DNA of 64,000 nucleotides from Tubiluchus corallicola (Eukaryota > Animalia > Priapulida): NCBI GenBank assembly GCA_030141605.1, contig JAQGDQ010000413.1:124001-188000 (forward strand), given 5' to 3'. The position numbers were made by a program, and so were the translations under genes. Below are positions 1 to 14,073 of this stretch, one piece after another (position 1 is the first letter of the stretch; the number at the start of each line of letters is the position of its first letter). The notes under the pieces were generated by a model that saw only the letters and a program-made list of their open reading frames with translations, was not told where the DNA came from and ran no database searches.

Positions 1-121
1 AATATTATTACAAAATCAAAAGAATAAAATTTTAATTGTATTTGAATTTGTACTTAAATTTCACTCTTTTGATCTGTAATGATATTTTGTACCTATGTGC
101 AATAACTATTTGATTTTGGCC

Positions 122-199
122 AGATTTCTAGCATTGATAATGGCAGTTGTTGTTGAAACGACGGTCTGCATGTCTTAAATAAACACCACGCAGAAATCT
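122..199 (+). ncRNA. Possible degenerate type I hammerhead ribozyme relic (Penelope pLTR-like)
   Basis: gca-TTGATAA-tggcagttgttgtt-GAAA-cgacg-GTC-tgc. The core differs from CUGANGA at 2 positions. AGATTTCT (122-129) pairs with AGAAATCT (192-199) around an AATAAA-containing loop. Confidence 0.3.
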
Positions 200-531
200 A
201 TTTCTCTGAACATTTATTCATACTCTCATTTTATAGCCTTTCACCTTCAGAGGCCTACTGATATACAAAAATCAGTTTTATCAACGTTAAAATGCACAGC
301 TGGTCATGCCTCACTATACTAGTTGTTCTTTATACTGTACTAATTTACAGCCACTCTTTTAATACACTTGTAAATTAATTATTTACACCAACACTCATTT
401 GTTTTAGCACATCAGTCAGCTTACATATGTTGTAGGTTATAAATACTGCAAAAGTTAACATCACGACACATGTAAAGCAAAACCAGAACCAAGGCAATTT
501 TTCTCTAATGGTACCAGCTAATTGAAGCCAG

Positions 532-1275
532 AAATTAACCTGTTAATTATTCCTTATACCTGCAGGGCTGATCCAGGCTTATGTAGCCATGTAGAAATAA
601 CTGTATGTAGTAAAAAATCTGTTTTTTCTTGAAATAAGGATTTGTTCAACTGTAGTTCACTAGTTTACAAACTTAGCAACTTCTATATTCTATGTGAATT
701 CAGAATTTTCTCAAACGGTAGGTTTCTTCAAATTCTAGAACACTTTGCTCCTCTGGCTCACGGTAATGTAATAACTCACAAGTGTACAACCAAGTCATCT
801 GTAGTAAGTGTAGCTATGGCACTAATGGTGTCTACTGTGGGTCTACTGCTAGGACATGTCCAGTAAAACCTTCCGTGTAACCTAAGTAACGTAATTAGCT
901 CTACGTAATTGCTTTGTTTCTTAAATAGAGTTAATTGCCGTATATTTGTAAAGCAACCCTAGCAGTTACAGTGTGAACAACCCTTCTTACTGCTACGGGT
1001 TCATGTACATACAGTATGTCATATATTTGGTGTTTAAACACACAAGAACACAAAGTTATTAAGCATGCAGTAAGTCACGTCGCCTTACAGCAATGGAAAA
1101 CTTATGATATTTTCTTTTCTTGCATTTTGTTATTTGATTAAATAATTAAACCTACTTCAAAATCGTTCTGCAGGATTACCGAGTATCAAGTCATGCTTCT
1201 CACAAAAAATACTTGTCGTGTTATTTCACTAATAAGAAATTATTTTGTTGGTGAGATACCAGATGAAAATTTTTT
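532..1275 (+). repeat. ~740-bp dispersed/segmental direct repeat, copy 1
   Basis: Aligns by eye along its whole length with 2500-3252, with few substitutions. Confidence 0.9.
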
Positions 1276-1909
1276 ACTATGTTGCATTTAAATGAAATAA
1301 TATCTCACCCACATTAACACTTTGGAATTAACTGACAAGCTTAACGTTAAAGGCATAATTGTATCCATTACACATTATCCCGTGTCACGGGAACATCTCG
1401 GGACTATAGTAAACTTTATCATACACAAAAAGTCCAGATTTTTATCATCTGTGTGGTTAAGTATTATTACTCCACAAGATTTCCCAAGATGCTTTTGGCT
1501 CACATGCATGCAGGCAGCGTACGTGGTTTCCCTCTCCTGATGATTTTTTGCAGAAGAAGAGAAGCCAACTTGTCAGGCAACTTCATTACAAGAATTCCAT
1601 TTCAGTTGATGCATTATTTATTGAATCTAATTTAATTCTCATCCTTTTCATTAACTAATGATATATTACATTGAACAGTAGTGTAAGCCATGTCATTAGA
1701 GTTTATTAATTTTCCTAGGCGTTAACAGGAGTGGATGCAAATAAGTGCCTGGAAGTTTAATTTCTTTAAGTGTGCAACATTACATGGCCTTTACCTTCTT
1801 AGAATACATTACATCGTGTACTGCAAACAACGGTCGTTAATAAATAAACGCATTAGAATAAATAAGTCGTAAATCATTGTCATCTTGTAGTCGGTTATAA
1901 AGTTGAAAT

Positions 1910-2110
1910 GTTGAATAAAAACGTGGAAATTGAGACGCAGAGGTTATCCATTAATCTGCACATGTGACGTCACGGAAGCAAAGTTTGCTTCTGAGTTCGT
2001 GACGTGTACACAACTGCAGCTGAAATGAGAAGCAAACACGTTTTTGTGACGTCAGCTGTGCAAGTTATTGGACAACTATGACCTTTAGATTTCAACACGC
2101 TTTTCAAAAT
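1910..2110. mobile_element. Imperfect palindromic (MITE-like) element
   Basis: tccattaatctgcacatgtgacgtcac...gtttgcttct (~1947-1992) is an imperfect reverse complement of agaagcaaac...gtgacgtcagctgtgcaagttattgga (~2028-2072). Confidence 0.45.
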
Positions 2111-2112
2111 TG

Positions 2113-2410
2113 TACTACTATATTACTATACTATACTATGCTCTACTCTACTCTACTCTACTCTACTCTACTCTACTCTACTCTACTCTACTCTACTCTA
2201 CTCTACTCTACTCTACTCTACTCTACTCTACTCTACTCTACTGTACTGTACTGTACTGTACTGTACTGTACTGTACTGTACTGTACTGTACTGTACTGTA
2301 CTGTACTGTACTGTACTGTACTGTACTATACTATACTATACTATACTATACTATACTATACTATACTATACTATACTATACTATACTATACTATACTATA
2401 CTATACTATT
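2113..2410. repeat. Compound pentanucleotide microsatellite (CTACT)n-(CTGTA)n-(CTATA)n
   Basis: Direct observation. Confidence 0.97.
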
Positions 2411-2499
2411 ATACTAGAAATTTAATATTCTTTAAATATTTCCTTTTTCAAATGATTATAAGCTTTTTTTACCTTGCAATATTTCAATAAATGTGGTTT

Positions 2500-3325
2500 A
2501 AATTTAACCTGTTACTTATTGCTTACACCTAGAAGGTTGATCCAAGCTTATGTAGCCATGTACAGATAACTGTATGTGGTAAAAAATCTATTTTTTCTTG
2601 AAATAAAGATTTGTTCAACTGTAGTTCATTAGTTTACAAACTTAGCATCTTCTATATTCTATGTGAATTCAGAACTTTCTCAAACAGTAGGATTCCTTCA
2701 AATTCTAGAACATTTTTTTTACTCCTCTGGTTCACGGTAATGTAATAACTCACAAGTGTACAACCAAGTCATCTGTAGTAAGTGTAGCTATGGCACTATT
2801 GGCGTCTACTGTGGGTCTACTGCTAGGACATGTCCAGTAAAACCTGCCGCGTAACCTAAGTAACGTAATTAGCTCTACGTAATTGCTTTGTTTCTTAAAT
2901 AGAGTTAATTGCCGTATATTTGTAAAGCAACCCTAGAAGTTACAGTGTGAACAACCCCTTCTTACTGCTACGGGTTCATGTAGATACAGTATGTCATATA
3001 TTTGGTGTTTAAACACACAAGAACACAAAGCTATTAAGCATACAATAAGTCACGTCGCCCTACAGCAATGGAAAACTTATGATATTTTCTTTTCTTGCAT
3101 TTTGTTATTTGATTAAATAATTAAACCTACTTCAAAATCGTTCTGCAGGATTACCGAGTATTTAGTCGTGCTTCTCACAAAAATACTTGTCGTGTCATTT
3201 CACTAATAATAAGAAATTATTTTGTTGGTGAGATACCAGATGAAAATTTTTTAGTTAGCAGTTACAGTACAGTGTGAACAACACTTCTTACTGCTACGGG
3301 TTCATGTAGATATAGTATGTCATAC
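2500..3325 (+). repeat. ~740-bp direct repeat, copy 2, followed by a third partial copy (3256-3325)
   Basis: Matches 532-1275; 3256-3325 matches ~961-1022. Confidence 0.9.
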
Positions 3326-4733
3326 AAATTAATAAATTTTTTATATATTTTCAGTCAAATACAAACGGATGCTGTGAAAGTGTGAAGCTACTGCTCCTAT
3401 TTCAACAACCCATCGCAGACATTCAACTGATTCAAACAATTACTGGTGTAAGAAGCCGCCTCTAAAACCAAAACCAAAAGACATAATCAACTTCAAATAC
3501 GTTGAGGCAAATCAGATTAATATACTAGTGTGCGTATATCATAATGTTGAATTGTTGTCTAGTTTGAACACGTTTAGATTTGTTATTATTTAAGTTATAA
3601 TCTCTTTTTTGTATAGAAGTGTGAGATGACTGAGTTGTTTACATATCCTAGGTTCCTGCCAACATCTGTTTTAACGTTTATGATAAATGTCTATTTTCAT
3701 TTCTGAATGGGAGACTGATGATATTTGCTCTATATATTATGATGATTATTGCAAATAAATTGGGCAACTGCAAGATTGTGCTGTTGCAAACGTCACATGC
3801 ACAAAGAGCGTTAAAACTAAAATGCAGTTTCTGTGATTACAATAATAAATTTACGTCTTCATCGTAATAAATTATTAAAATTGTAACTGTTAGAAATGAT
3901 TAATGTTGTGTAATATGGATTTTAAATAGGCCTAAATGTGAGGGGTGGCTCATATTCTGCATTGTCAGTTTCTTTACGAAATGTATCAAAATTTTACCAG
4001 ATCAAAATTTTTTTGAGTTTTGAGGAAATATGTGGTAGGCATACCTATCAGACCTTTCACTATATACATGACGTCATACTCTACGTAAATGAAAAGCAAG
4101 TCTTCCTCACTTAAAATGAATTAATTAAGGCAGATAAATGCGAGGATTAATCAGAAAATGCAGGCTGTAGATTGTGCGTGTAAATACGGGCTTAAATAGC
4201 CCTATAGATAATTTGTTATGCTCATATTCGTTCCAACTTTTGTCCACCGGACTTTGGAGTCTAAAATTATAATCAGAATTCTGATTCGGAATGCGGGATA
4301 GTTTACAGCTGTCTAAACCAATATCTGTACTGAGTAGAAAGCAAACTGAAGAAATCTACATAGAATGAACCAGATTTTATAATCACCCTGTAGATGTCAT
4401 TAATAATGTTTACAATGTTGTGAAAAGTTTTAATATATGCATAGCTTATTATTACGCTTGTTCGTCCCCTAAACAACAATGTTACGTACTTTGTCCACGA
4501 CCATTAGATCTCCTGTATAATGCTCCTAGCTCAATATGGCGCCGTGGCTCAAGTTATGGCACGCGGACGCACAAAGATGTTATTGGATTATCTCTAAATA
4601 TGTATTATTGCACTGTAATATATAGATGTGACAGTTTGCTATGTGGAGTGATGTGTAATAAACTACGCATACGTGTTAAACTGTATTAATGGTCTCACTT
4701 TAAACTTTTTTACTAACTTTATCGATAATTTTT

Positions 4734-5249
4734 GCAAATGTTGGTCCAAGGCTTTGGAATGACATAAATGATGAATTAAAAACTGTTCAGCCAATTCAAA
4801 AGTTTAAAAAGAAATACAGAGCAATGATTCTCAACAAGTACAACACTTCCTAATATCCCACACCTACTGCAGCAGTCATACCACAATCCTGGTACAGATT
4901 ATGCAAAACAAGGCATCACTGATAAATCTTTAGAGCTGATGTCAACATAGCACAATCTATTATCTTTCTTCCTACCATTTCCACTAACACATCCTTCTAC
5001 CCTTCCTGTGTGATCTAACCTTTCTCCCAGTTCTTCTTTCTTGTTCACTCATCCATTCTTTTTTATCGGGTTCACATGACAGTGGGCTTATACAAGCCTT
5101 TGCTTCTCTAGTCCAATTATTATTTTATGATAACGATAGTGTATGAAACATAACAATTTAATACAGTATGACGTAATAATTTTGATGTCACTGTGTGCTT
5201 AATGTCATTATATTGTACTGAATGTGATAATAATAAACTAAAAGCTAAA
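4734..5249 (+). mobile_element. L2/Crack-type LINE 3' fragment (ORF2 C-terminus and 3' UTR)
   Basis: 4734-4853 translates to ANVGPRLWNDINDELKTVQPIQKFKKKYRAMILNKY*, the G-x-x-LWN...FKK motif of CR1-group ORF2 ends. The 3' UTR has an ACAAGC..GCTT hairpin and AATAAA. Confidence 0.7.
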
Positions 5250-6999
5250 TTTGCTTGTCACAGCAAAAAGCGAGGCTAGCGCCATCTTGCGCAAAGTGTA
5301 ATAGACAAACGTGAAAACAGTTACATGATGAATAAACGCAATAATGAAGTACAAAGTCTATTTTCCTCTATAGGCCTGTTGAAATCACCGTTTATGACAT
5401 TTGATCGAACATATCAGACGAACATGTTTTTTCTTGCCTTTACAGTAATTATCACTTGTTAGTTCTCAGTTCTAGTTCTTTGCTTTACTAAATTTTTGAT
5501 CAGAATAATAACGATCATGAACTCGGGATTGGACTTCTTATTTACTTCATTTTGGTCGGAAATAAAAATGTTAGGAAAAACAGTAAATATTTCGTGAACG
5601 ACTCTCTGACGTGAAGCTGCCGAGCTACCAGGTCCCGCCATTTGCACTGCTACCTACCTGTGTGATCAAAGAGGAAATGTTTTCCTAAAAATTCCATTGT
5701 TCCAGCGCAAACTGGTAGTTGAGGTTGCCAAAAAAAAACTGAAAAGCTAAAATCGTTACCCGTTATTACTTATTTGTGAACAATGCCATACTACTGTCAC
5801 ATTCGTATTCATCGGTCCATATCAATCAATCCACCAAATTCTAGGTTAGGCCTTACTGCACTTTAATGTATGCAACCCAGTAGTACAAGAGATGACACAA
5901 AAAATGCGAAATGGAATAAGACTTTTCACAGTTCCAGCGATTGATGCTGATCGTGAAAGGTCAAAGGTTAAGTGAACTTAACAATTTATTTGTGTACACT
6001 TGACAATGCCTCGCGGCTTAAGCTATTGTAATAGTGATTAAGAAAAGAAACAAATTCTATCTATAGAAACTTACCTAGTTCATTTTTTCTTGTTCCCAAT
6101 GCAAGATCCCGCATAGACTAATGTATAATTAAGAAAAGTCCACGTAAAACAACTCATAATTACTGAACTGGGGTTTGTTTTAGCCACATGCCACGTGACG
6201 TTTGTGGCCAAGACGCGTTGCTGTGGTACACTTAACCTTTGACCTACAGCAACTGCGCGTGCGCACAACGAAAGCGCGAAACCGCTTATTTTAAGAAACC
6301 CTGCGATTTCTAATAATGCAATGCGCTCAAATACAAGTAACAAAAATGTGCAAATACGTTTCAACAGGAAAAGTGCGCTAAGTAAGTGTGAATAACTCGT
6401 AGGTCCTGCATGCATTTCCCCAAAACAAATACGCAGATAACATTTTCCCCCGGGAGAGTATCAACAGCTAGTAGACATTGAGAAGAAATGTATCTACTTT
6501 GTTTTGAATGGAAAATAGAGACGATACCACACCCTACAGTAGTAAACCATTGTTCTCCAATGCACCAAACAAGTCAACGTCAATCCAAGAACAGCAGAAA
6601 TTTCTTTGTTCTGATTTTGTGCAATTTCTCGTTGACTAATGTCTATAGATGAGTGATTCTTTTAGCAAATCTTTGTTGTAGATCTGCCTTTGGAACACCC
6701 CTCTCTATTTGCTTTTCTTTTATTGATGTAGAACGATTCGTTTGACTTCGTGTTTAATACTTGTCGACACGGCTGCCACTACAATACCTCACAATCGTTC
6801 ACCAAACACCAGTTGAAATTGTACAATTAACAGACTAAATAGACTCGCAGATGAGGACAGGTTAATAATATACGTGCCTTCCTTTGAAATCTGTGGAATT
6901 GACTCTGCCGTTAGATAGACAGCTCGGGTCGTCCTGATTAAACGGATTGCTTCTTGTGTGTGGATGGGATGATTTGTGTCTGACAGATATGCAGTATCG

Positions 7000-7365
7000 C
7001 ATCATCATCCAATGAATCACACGTCCAGTAACATGATTCTGCTCACCTCCCTATGCCAGGACTCCCTGCTCGCCGCAATGCCCCAAAAACATTTATTTCT
7101 GAGGATCAATGCTGAAGTGTTTAAATCTTTCTGTGCGAAATCTAAATATGTTAATCTTTGTCCTCCTACAGGTTTTTTAGCTCGTTGAAGAGCTATCTTC
7201 ACTGGAATATCATCAGGTAGTCTAAGCATTTGTCCAATCAATCTTAAACGGCGTCTTTTGATTTTTCTTGTCCAAGGTTCTTCTTTTATTTTTTCATATA
7301 GATCTTTGTTTGAAATTTTCTTTGGCCATCTAATACCCAAAATGGACCGGTAGTGGTGCTGACAA
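7000..7365 (-). mobile_element. RTE-clade LINE 3' fragment
   Basis: ORF 7017-7370(-): RSILGIRWPKKISNKDLY...IKRRRLRLIGQMLRLPDDIPVKIAL...GGQRLTY...ASRESW, typical of the RTE ORF C-terminus. Confidence 0.85.
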
Positions 7366-7968
7366 GCCACTGACTTTAATTTTCATCTAAATTAATGTAT
7401 TTTGTCTTAAATTCTCGCCTGCTTGTATGGCTGGGCATCCTGCTCTCTGCTGCATTATTTTTTTCCAGTCCAGTTAAACATTTGTTTGGAATGTCACAAC
7501 TGTGGAAAAATGTTGAATTAAAATAAATTTGGAAAAAGATGACAAGGGTTCTGGGCTATAATTGTAAAGCATTGGTGCTGCTGAACGAAGACCACATGCT
7601 GAAAAAATATTGGGACGACTATTTTGGGGTTTTTTGAAATAACCAAATTACCACTGTGGTTGAAAGGTTAGCACATTGATTTTTAAATCACGGCTCTTTG
7701 ACTAATGTTTTCTTGAACATTTAAGCTGATCCTCTATCTTTGCAGGCAGCTCTCGAGCTTCGTAAATGATGTTGCTCAAACGATCATCCAATCACAATGA
7801 GAAGAGTACTGATTGGTCATCAGTTTAAATGTTATAATATAATGTTAAAATAGTTAGACACCCCTCTTGGTGAAATTCTGATTCTGATGTTTATTCATTA
7901 CAACGTTTTAGTAGTCAGGATGTCTGGTATTTCTGGAGTTGCAACATGGATTGCCCAAACGACAATGC

Positions 7969-8014
<46 letters not shown>
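7969..8014. repeat. (TTG)n microsatellite
   Basis: Direct observation. Confidence 0.95.
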
Positions 8015-8016
<2 letters not shown>

Positions 8017-8159
8017 TCCATGTGAAGACCCTACGATCGATTGGGGATTGTTGAACAAACCGAGATACCAAATTTTTCCAGAAAATAGTAACCAGCTAAT
8101 TCCCTTCACCGTATAGAACTGGACTTACAGGCCCAAAACACAATGATGTATAGGTTTTA

Positions 8160-8350
8160 CATGTCAAATGTAGACCTGCGTTAACTCAAATGTAGATTTA
8201 GGTAATTCAAATGTGTCTTGGTAACTCAAATGTAGATTTAGGTAGTTCAAATGTGTTAACAATAGTTTTCAAGAAATCTTAAGCGTTTTTGGTAATTCAA
8301 ATGTAGATACATGTCATGTCAAATGTGACATTGGTATCTCAAATGTGGAT
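8160..8350. repeat. Degenerate ~20-22-bp tandem repeat with TCAAATGT core
   Basis: 8 TCAAATGT cores between 8164 and 8347. Confidence 0.75.
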
Positions 8351-9465
8351 AGGTGGTAAAGTTTAAGGATGTTAAATCTAATCTTCTTTAATTTCAATTT
8401 AATAATTGTTCTTAAGTTAAAATAATAACGTTATAGGTTCACTAATATTCAGGAAACTTTACATACCATTGGAACTGTTAGAGAAAACAATACATTCTTA
8501 AAATAAACAATGTTTCTTGAGAGAAACTAATTCATTAATGCAGTGCTAATGCATTACATAAAAAACTAATTAGTGATCCACTGTTCATTGGGAAGTGGGA
8601 ACCGATTTATTCTTTTCTGCCGACATTTTTTGTAAAACGTTGACAAATAAATGTTAAAGTTTAACTGGTATCACAACGTGTTTTACTGAGCATGGTCATC
8701 TCGAGCATGCATTTTACTACATGATGTATTTGATGACAAATACTTAAATTACACATAATGTCCACTGACTTTTCACATAATCGATGACATCAAGTCATGC
8801 AGCTGACATTCATGTGGCAGGAATCAGTAGTCTCTTCATCCATTAAACAGGTTCGATTTTTAGTACAAATTCAAATTAATATGATCTACCGCATAATAGA
8901 TCTCCCACGCACTTTTGACGTAAAAAAATTTGGGGTGACAAAAAACACAGCTATACCACAGTGAGGTGTTTGTTTACTCTAAGAATATTTACTGCAAGTT
9001 ATATCCCACTGGGCTCTTCTAGCGATTACAAAGCTTGGCGAACCTCGTTTGCTTTTGTGTAGAGTTTTGTTGACAAATGCCAGTCAATAGCCCCAGAGGA
9101 GCTTATACCGTGTAGAGGAGACCGCGGCACTTTTTCCTTAGGCCTCCTCTTTTCCCTTTCATCACGTTTTCTTCGGCTTATTTAATGCTAATTTGTAACG
9201 TAAGCATGAGGGATTAAAATTGTTGAAACCGGTAACAAAAGATCGAGGAGACGTGTAAACCACTAACTTAGCTGAGTTAACATTGTAGACAATGAGATTA
9301 TGGGACTTGGTAAGCTTTTCAATTACCACACGGTGTATGGATGCATTTTAAATTGACAATAGTGTGATAAGTGAAGTACATTAAATCCTAATATTAACTT
9401 TTAAATTGCATCAATGCAACTAATTTAAAGTTATCAATACGATAAGTTGTTTCATTAAACGGCAG

Positions 9466-10340
<875 letters not shown>

Positions 10341-11049
10341 AGCGTTCTTTTATTCTCATAAAACGTTTTTATTTTCCGTGGTTACTTTAGAATGGTTAAC
10401 AATAATTTAATCATAACTAAAACGTAACTAATTTACAATATTACTTATAGCTTAAAATCAAACACCTAAAACATCTTCCACAGAATAAAATTGTTACACA
10501 TCATTGTTACACATTGTTACACAAAAGCATTTGTGTCAATAGGTAATTTAGAGTGTATCAGAGTGTATATGAGTGTATATTAGTGTAAATTAATGATTAA
10601 TGAAACTGCATTTCCATTAGCTTTTGTATTTAGGCCCACTTTTCACTAGTGCAGCTTGTTTCAAAGCTTTAGAACATCTCGTAAATTTTACTACCAAAAT
10701 AAAAAAAAAACAAAATTAGAAACTGCCATCATACGTAAAGGAAATCTTGCCGAGTTTAGTTGGTGATTAATGGTATTGGGCATTCCAATATGCCCCGTAA
10801 GCCCGCAAGCTTATTTTATTTGTGACATGTAACATTAATGACTTTGATTAATTTGAAATGAAATGAAATTGCTTGAACACGAAAGGATGTCAAAGGTTAG
10901 TTGACAAATGTTGTCTTTGAACTGATGCAACGTATCGCAGAGAAACGCGAATAATTCTTCTAGGAAATGATAATTCCATCTTAAGTCAGAATGACGTGAG
11001 TGGTTTACGTAAGTAACCTTTTAGTAGTGGAAAACAGGGTTTCCTTTAT

Positions 11050-11301
11050 GAATTAGATTTTGATTTAATATTTTATTTCAAACTTTACAAAATTCATATA
11101 CACATCACAAATTAATATAATAAATTATGGCTCACAACAATAACACAAATAACAATTAACAATGTAACAAACTACGCCATTGAGGTCTAATTACAGAAGA
11201 AAAGTTTGCATCACTGTTTAAAATGCTCTTGCACATAAAATGTTCAATCTTGTTCAGCCTGACGGATAAACTGTATGCACATTTTCTGTGAATCACATCA
11301 T

Positions 11302-11344
<43 letters not shown>

Positions 11345-11730
11345 TGACTGACTGACTGACTGACTGACTGACTGACTGACTGACTGACTGACTGACTGAC
11401 TGTTACAATTAACGATATAACAAACTACGCCAATGATGTCTAATTACAGAAGTAAAGTTTACATCATTGTTTAAAATGTTCTTGCATATAAAATTTTTAC
11501 TGTTATTCAGCCTGACGGATAAACTGTATGCACATTTTCTGTGAATCACATCGAAAAAAATAAGATTAAGTCTAATAGAAATATATCTGGCGTTCGTGTC
11601 ACACGAAAAGTTAAACAGCTTCCGTGTTGATACATTATACGCAACCTTGAGTTTGCTAAGATTGTAAGAATAAAAATGTCTCCAAGTACAATAGTCTGCA
11701 TGAAATACCTTTTGAAGTTCGTAGTTCAAT
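11050..11730 (-). mobile_element. Non-LTR retrotransposon ORF2 3' fragment (RTE-X-like) with internal duplication and a (TGAC)n tract
   Basis: ORF 11409-11729(-): KLKVAYNVSTRKLFNFS...FDVIHRKCAYSLSVRLNNSKN resembles LINE ORF2 C-termini. 11165-11299 duplicates 11418-11552, and (TGAC)n lies at 11301-11402. Clade assignment is tentative. Confidence 0.6.
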
Positions 11731-11806
11731 TCTGTCTATGAAATTGACGTCACGATAACTTAATGATTTATACGGCAGTCACAGTAGACGACAGCCTGAA
11801 ACGAAC

Positions 11807-12234
11807 GGCGCGTTCACACTAAACTTGCCAAGTAACTCACAGCGTCTGTTCAGACTACAGAGCAAAACTTGCTGCGAGTTACTCTATGACAGTAGCCGCA
11901 AGCTGACACTAACTTCGCTATTCATTGAGAGAAGTGTCGATAGTAACTCATCGAGTCGTTCACACTAGACAGTAAATCAACTCGCAGCAAATGTCAGAGA
12001 GTTTGCAATTTCTTACCGCCAGTAACTCGCAAGGCAATTCGTACTTGTGTGCTGATTGTAGGTAAAACTTGCGCAGGAACAAATGGACGGTAAAAATGGC
12101 ACCGGAAAAATGACACAAATTGAAAAGTAGTTAAAAATGCCGCGGGTAATAATGGCATTTTTACCTGTGCCATTTTTGCCAAGAGCACCTTGCGATTTTG
12201 CTGTAGTTTGAAAGCTCGCTGGTGTGAACGGGCT
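11807..12234. mobile_element. Possible PIF/Harbinger-type MITE
   Basis: Imperfect TIR GGCGCGTTCACAC ... GTGTGAACGGGCT, with internal repeats of GTTCACACT/GTTCAGACT. Confidence 0.35.
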
Positions 12235-12362
12235 GTAACACAAGTCACGAAGAGTAAAGATGTAATCTTGATATCCTTTCATGTTTGTAAAATAGTTACT
12301 CTATTTATTTCCTCGCACACGTGCATTTAATACTGATTCTATTGTCATAAAAAGCATTTGGA

Positions 12363-12404
12363 ATAAGTAAGTAAGTAAGTAAGGTAAGTAAGTAAGTAAG
12401 TAAG

Positions 12405-12441
<37 letters not shown>

Positions 12442-12530
12442 GCAAGCAAGGCAAGGCAAGGCAAGGCAAGGCAAGTAAGTAAGGTAAGTAAGCAAGGTAA
12501 GGCAAGGCAAGGCAAGGCAAGCAAGGTAAG

Positions 12531-12605
<75 letters not shown>

Positions 12606-12885
12606 GTAAGCAAGCAACTAAGTAAGCAAGCAAGCGAGCGAGTAAGTGAGCAAATATACAGTTCTTTTATTCTCATAAAACGTTTTTATTTTCTGTGGTT
12701 ACTTTAGAATGGTTAACAATAATTTAATCATAACTAAAACGTAACTAATTTACAATATTACTTATAGCTTAAAATCAAACACCTAAAGCATCTTCCACAG
12801 AATAAAATCGTTACACATCATTGTTACACAAAAGCATTTGTGTCAATAGGTAATTTAGAGTGTATCAGAGTGTATATGAGTGTAA
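12363..12885 (-). repeat. (GTAA)n/(GGCAA)n microsatellite plus copy 2 of the 10300-10580 repeat
   Basis: Direct observation and alignment by eye. Confidence 0.85.
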
Positions 12886-13830
12886 GTTATTGTGATTAAT
12901 AACTTACATGGTTAACTATGTGATTAATAAACCACATAGTTACATGGTTTAAATACCCCGAATTTTTTTTGTTTTGTAAACAACACGAGTCCTCACACAT
13001 ACCCGCAAGGCAACAAATTACGTATAAATGGAATATACAACAAACAACCATTAGTCTTCTGAAAGGTACTTTCTTTGAAGGATCGTATATCATCTTCCAG
13101 TCTATGCAACAAGTTGTAAACGGCCTCAGAAGAACAGTCTCTACAAGCCAAGGAGCGGGTGGTCTCCATCTCATCAATTCAGTCGGCAGGTGGGCAGGGG
13201 TGACAGATATACAATGGTACATCCCCTACACCTGCTGGTAGGAAACTCATCAAAGTTTGCCTGTAAACCTAGACGTCAATGTCTTTTGGAATCAAGACAG
13301 AATGAAATATAATGCCCGAAATAAATGAGCAGAAATGGCTTGGAAAAATTTTGAGTGAAAGCGGCAAAAATAGGGTGTCCAAAACGTGACCAAGTATCCC
13401 AGAAATGCAAGTTGATTTGCCTCGATGTAGCCAATGTTGCTGTAATATAAGACTAACTGCGTCCGCCCTTTCTGGTTGACAAAAACCTTAGCTGTCTGTC
13501 AGAGTAAACAAATTTCTAATTGCCTCGTTCGAACGAAGTCCATTTATTAGCTACTGCCAGAGAAGAAAGGGGATGGATGGTGTCTCAACTCAAAGGGAAT
13601 ATAGCCCCGAGTGCAGAGGGCTTAATTAGGAAATATGTCAGATAATAAGTTGACGAATTGCGTACGCATGTACAGCATAAATGTTCTCTTCAGCCTTTAT
13701 AGGAGCTTACCATGTTTCCAGTAGTTGTAGCCGCTTGAATATGAAACGGGTTCATTGATAAGTAATAATTAAAGCTGAGTTAATGTTTAGACACCGCAAA
13801 GATTTGTTTCACAATTTAGACAGTGTCAAC

Positions 13831-14073
13831 CAGGGCCTATTTCAGCCTAAGCGAGGCCCGAGGAAGTGGGGCGTGTAAGGCCTGTGTAAGTGGGGGGGGG
13901 CGACACCAGAAAATTTTTGAACTGCTAGAATGCCGGAGAAGCATTTTCGAAGAGAAAATATGTAGTTATACAGTTGTTCGTATAAAGCAAAAAAAAGTTA
14001 CCTCGGCGCGAGGCCCCCCTGGAGGGTGAGGCCCCGGGGAAGTATCCCCACTCCCCCCCTGAAATAGGCCCTG
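13831..14073. mobile_element. hAT-superfamily MITE (243 bp)
   Basis: Perfect 15-bp TIR CAGGGCCTATTTCAG (13831-13845 / 14059-14073) and perfect 8-bp TSD GTGTCAAC (13823-13830 / 14074-14081). Confidence 0.92.

Noticed and set aside
3355-3595. Exon-like stretch (…KKPPLKPKPKDIINFKY…) after a TTTTCAG acceptor
   Set aside because: That frame has a stop just upstream, the frames from the acceptor close early, and there is no clear donor.
6540-6750. Possible decayed pogo/Tigger HTH fragment on the minus strand (SIKEKQIERGVPKADL)
   Set aside because: Short, broken by stops and frameshifts, and no TIRs found; cannot be supported without a profile search.
12969-13241. 90-aa ORF and overlapping 108-aa minus ORF in unique sequence
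   Set aside because: No recognisable domain and no consistent splice-bounded open frame.
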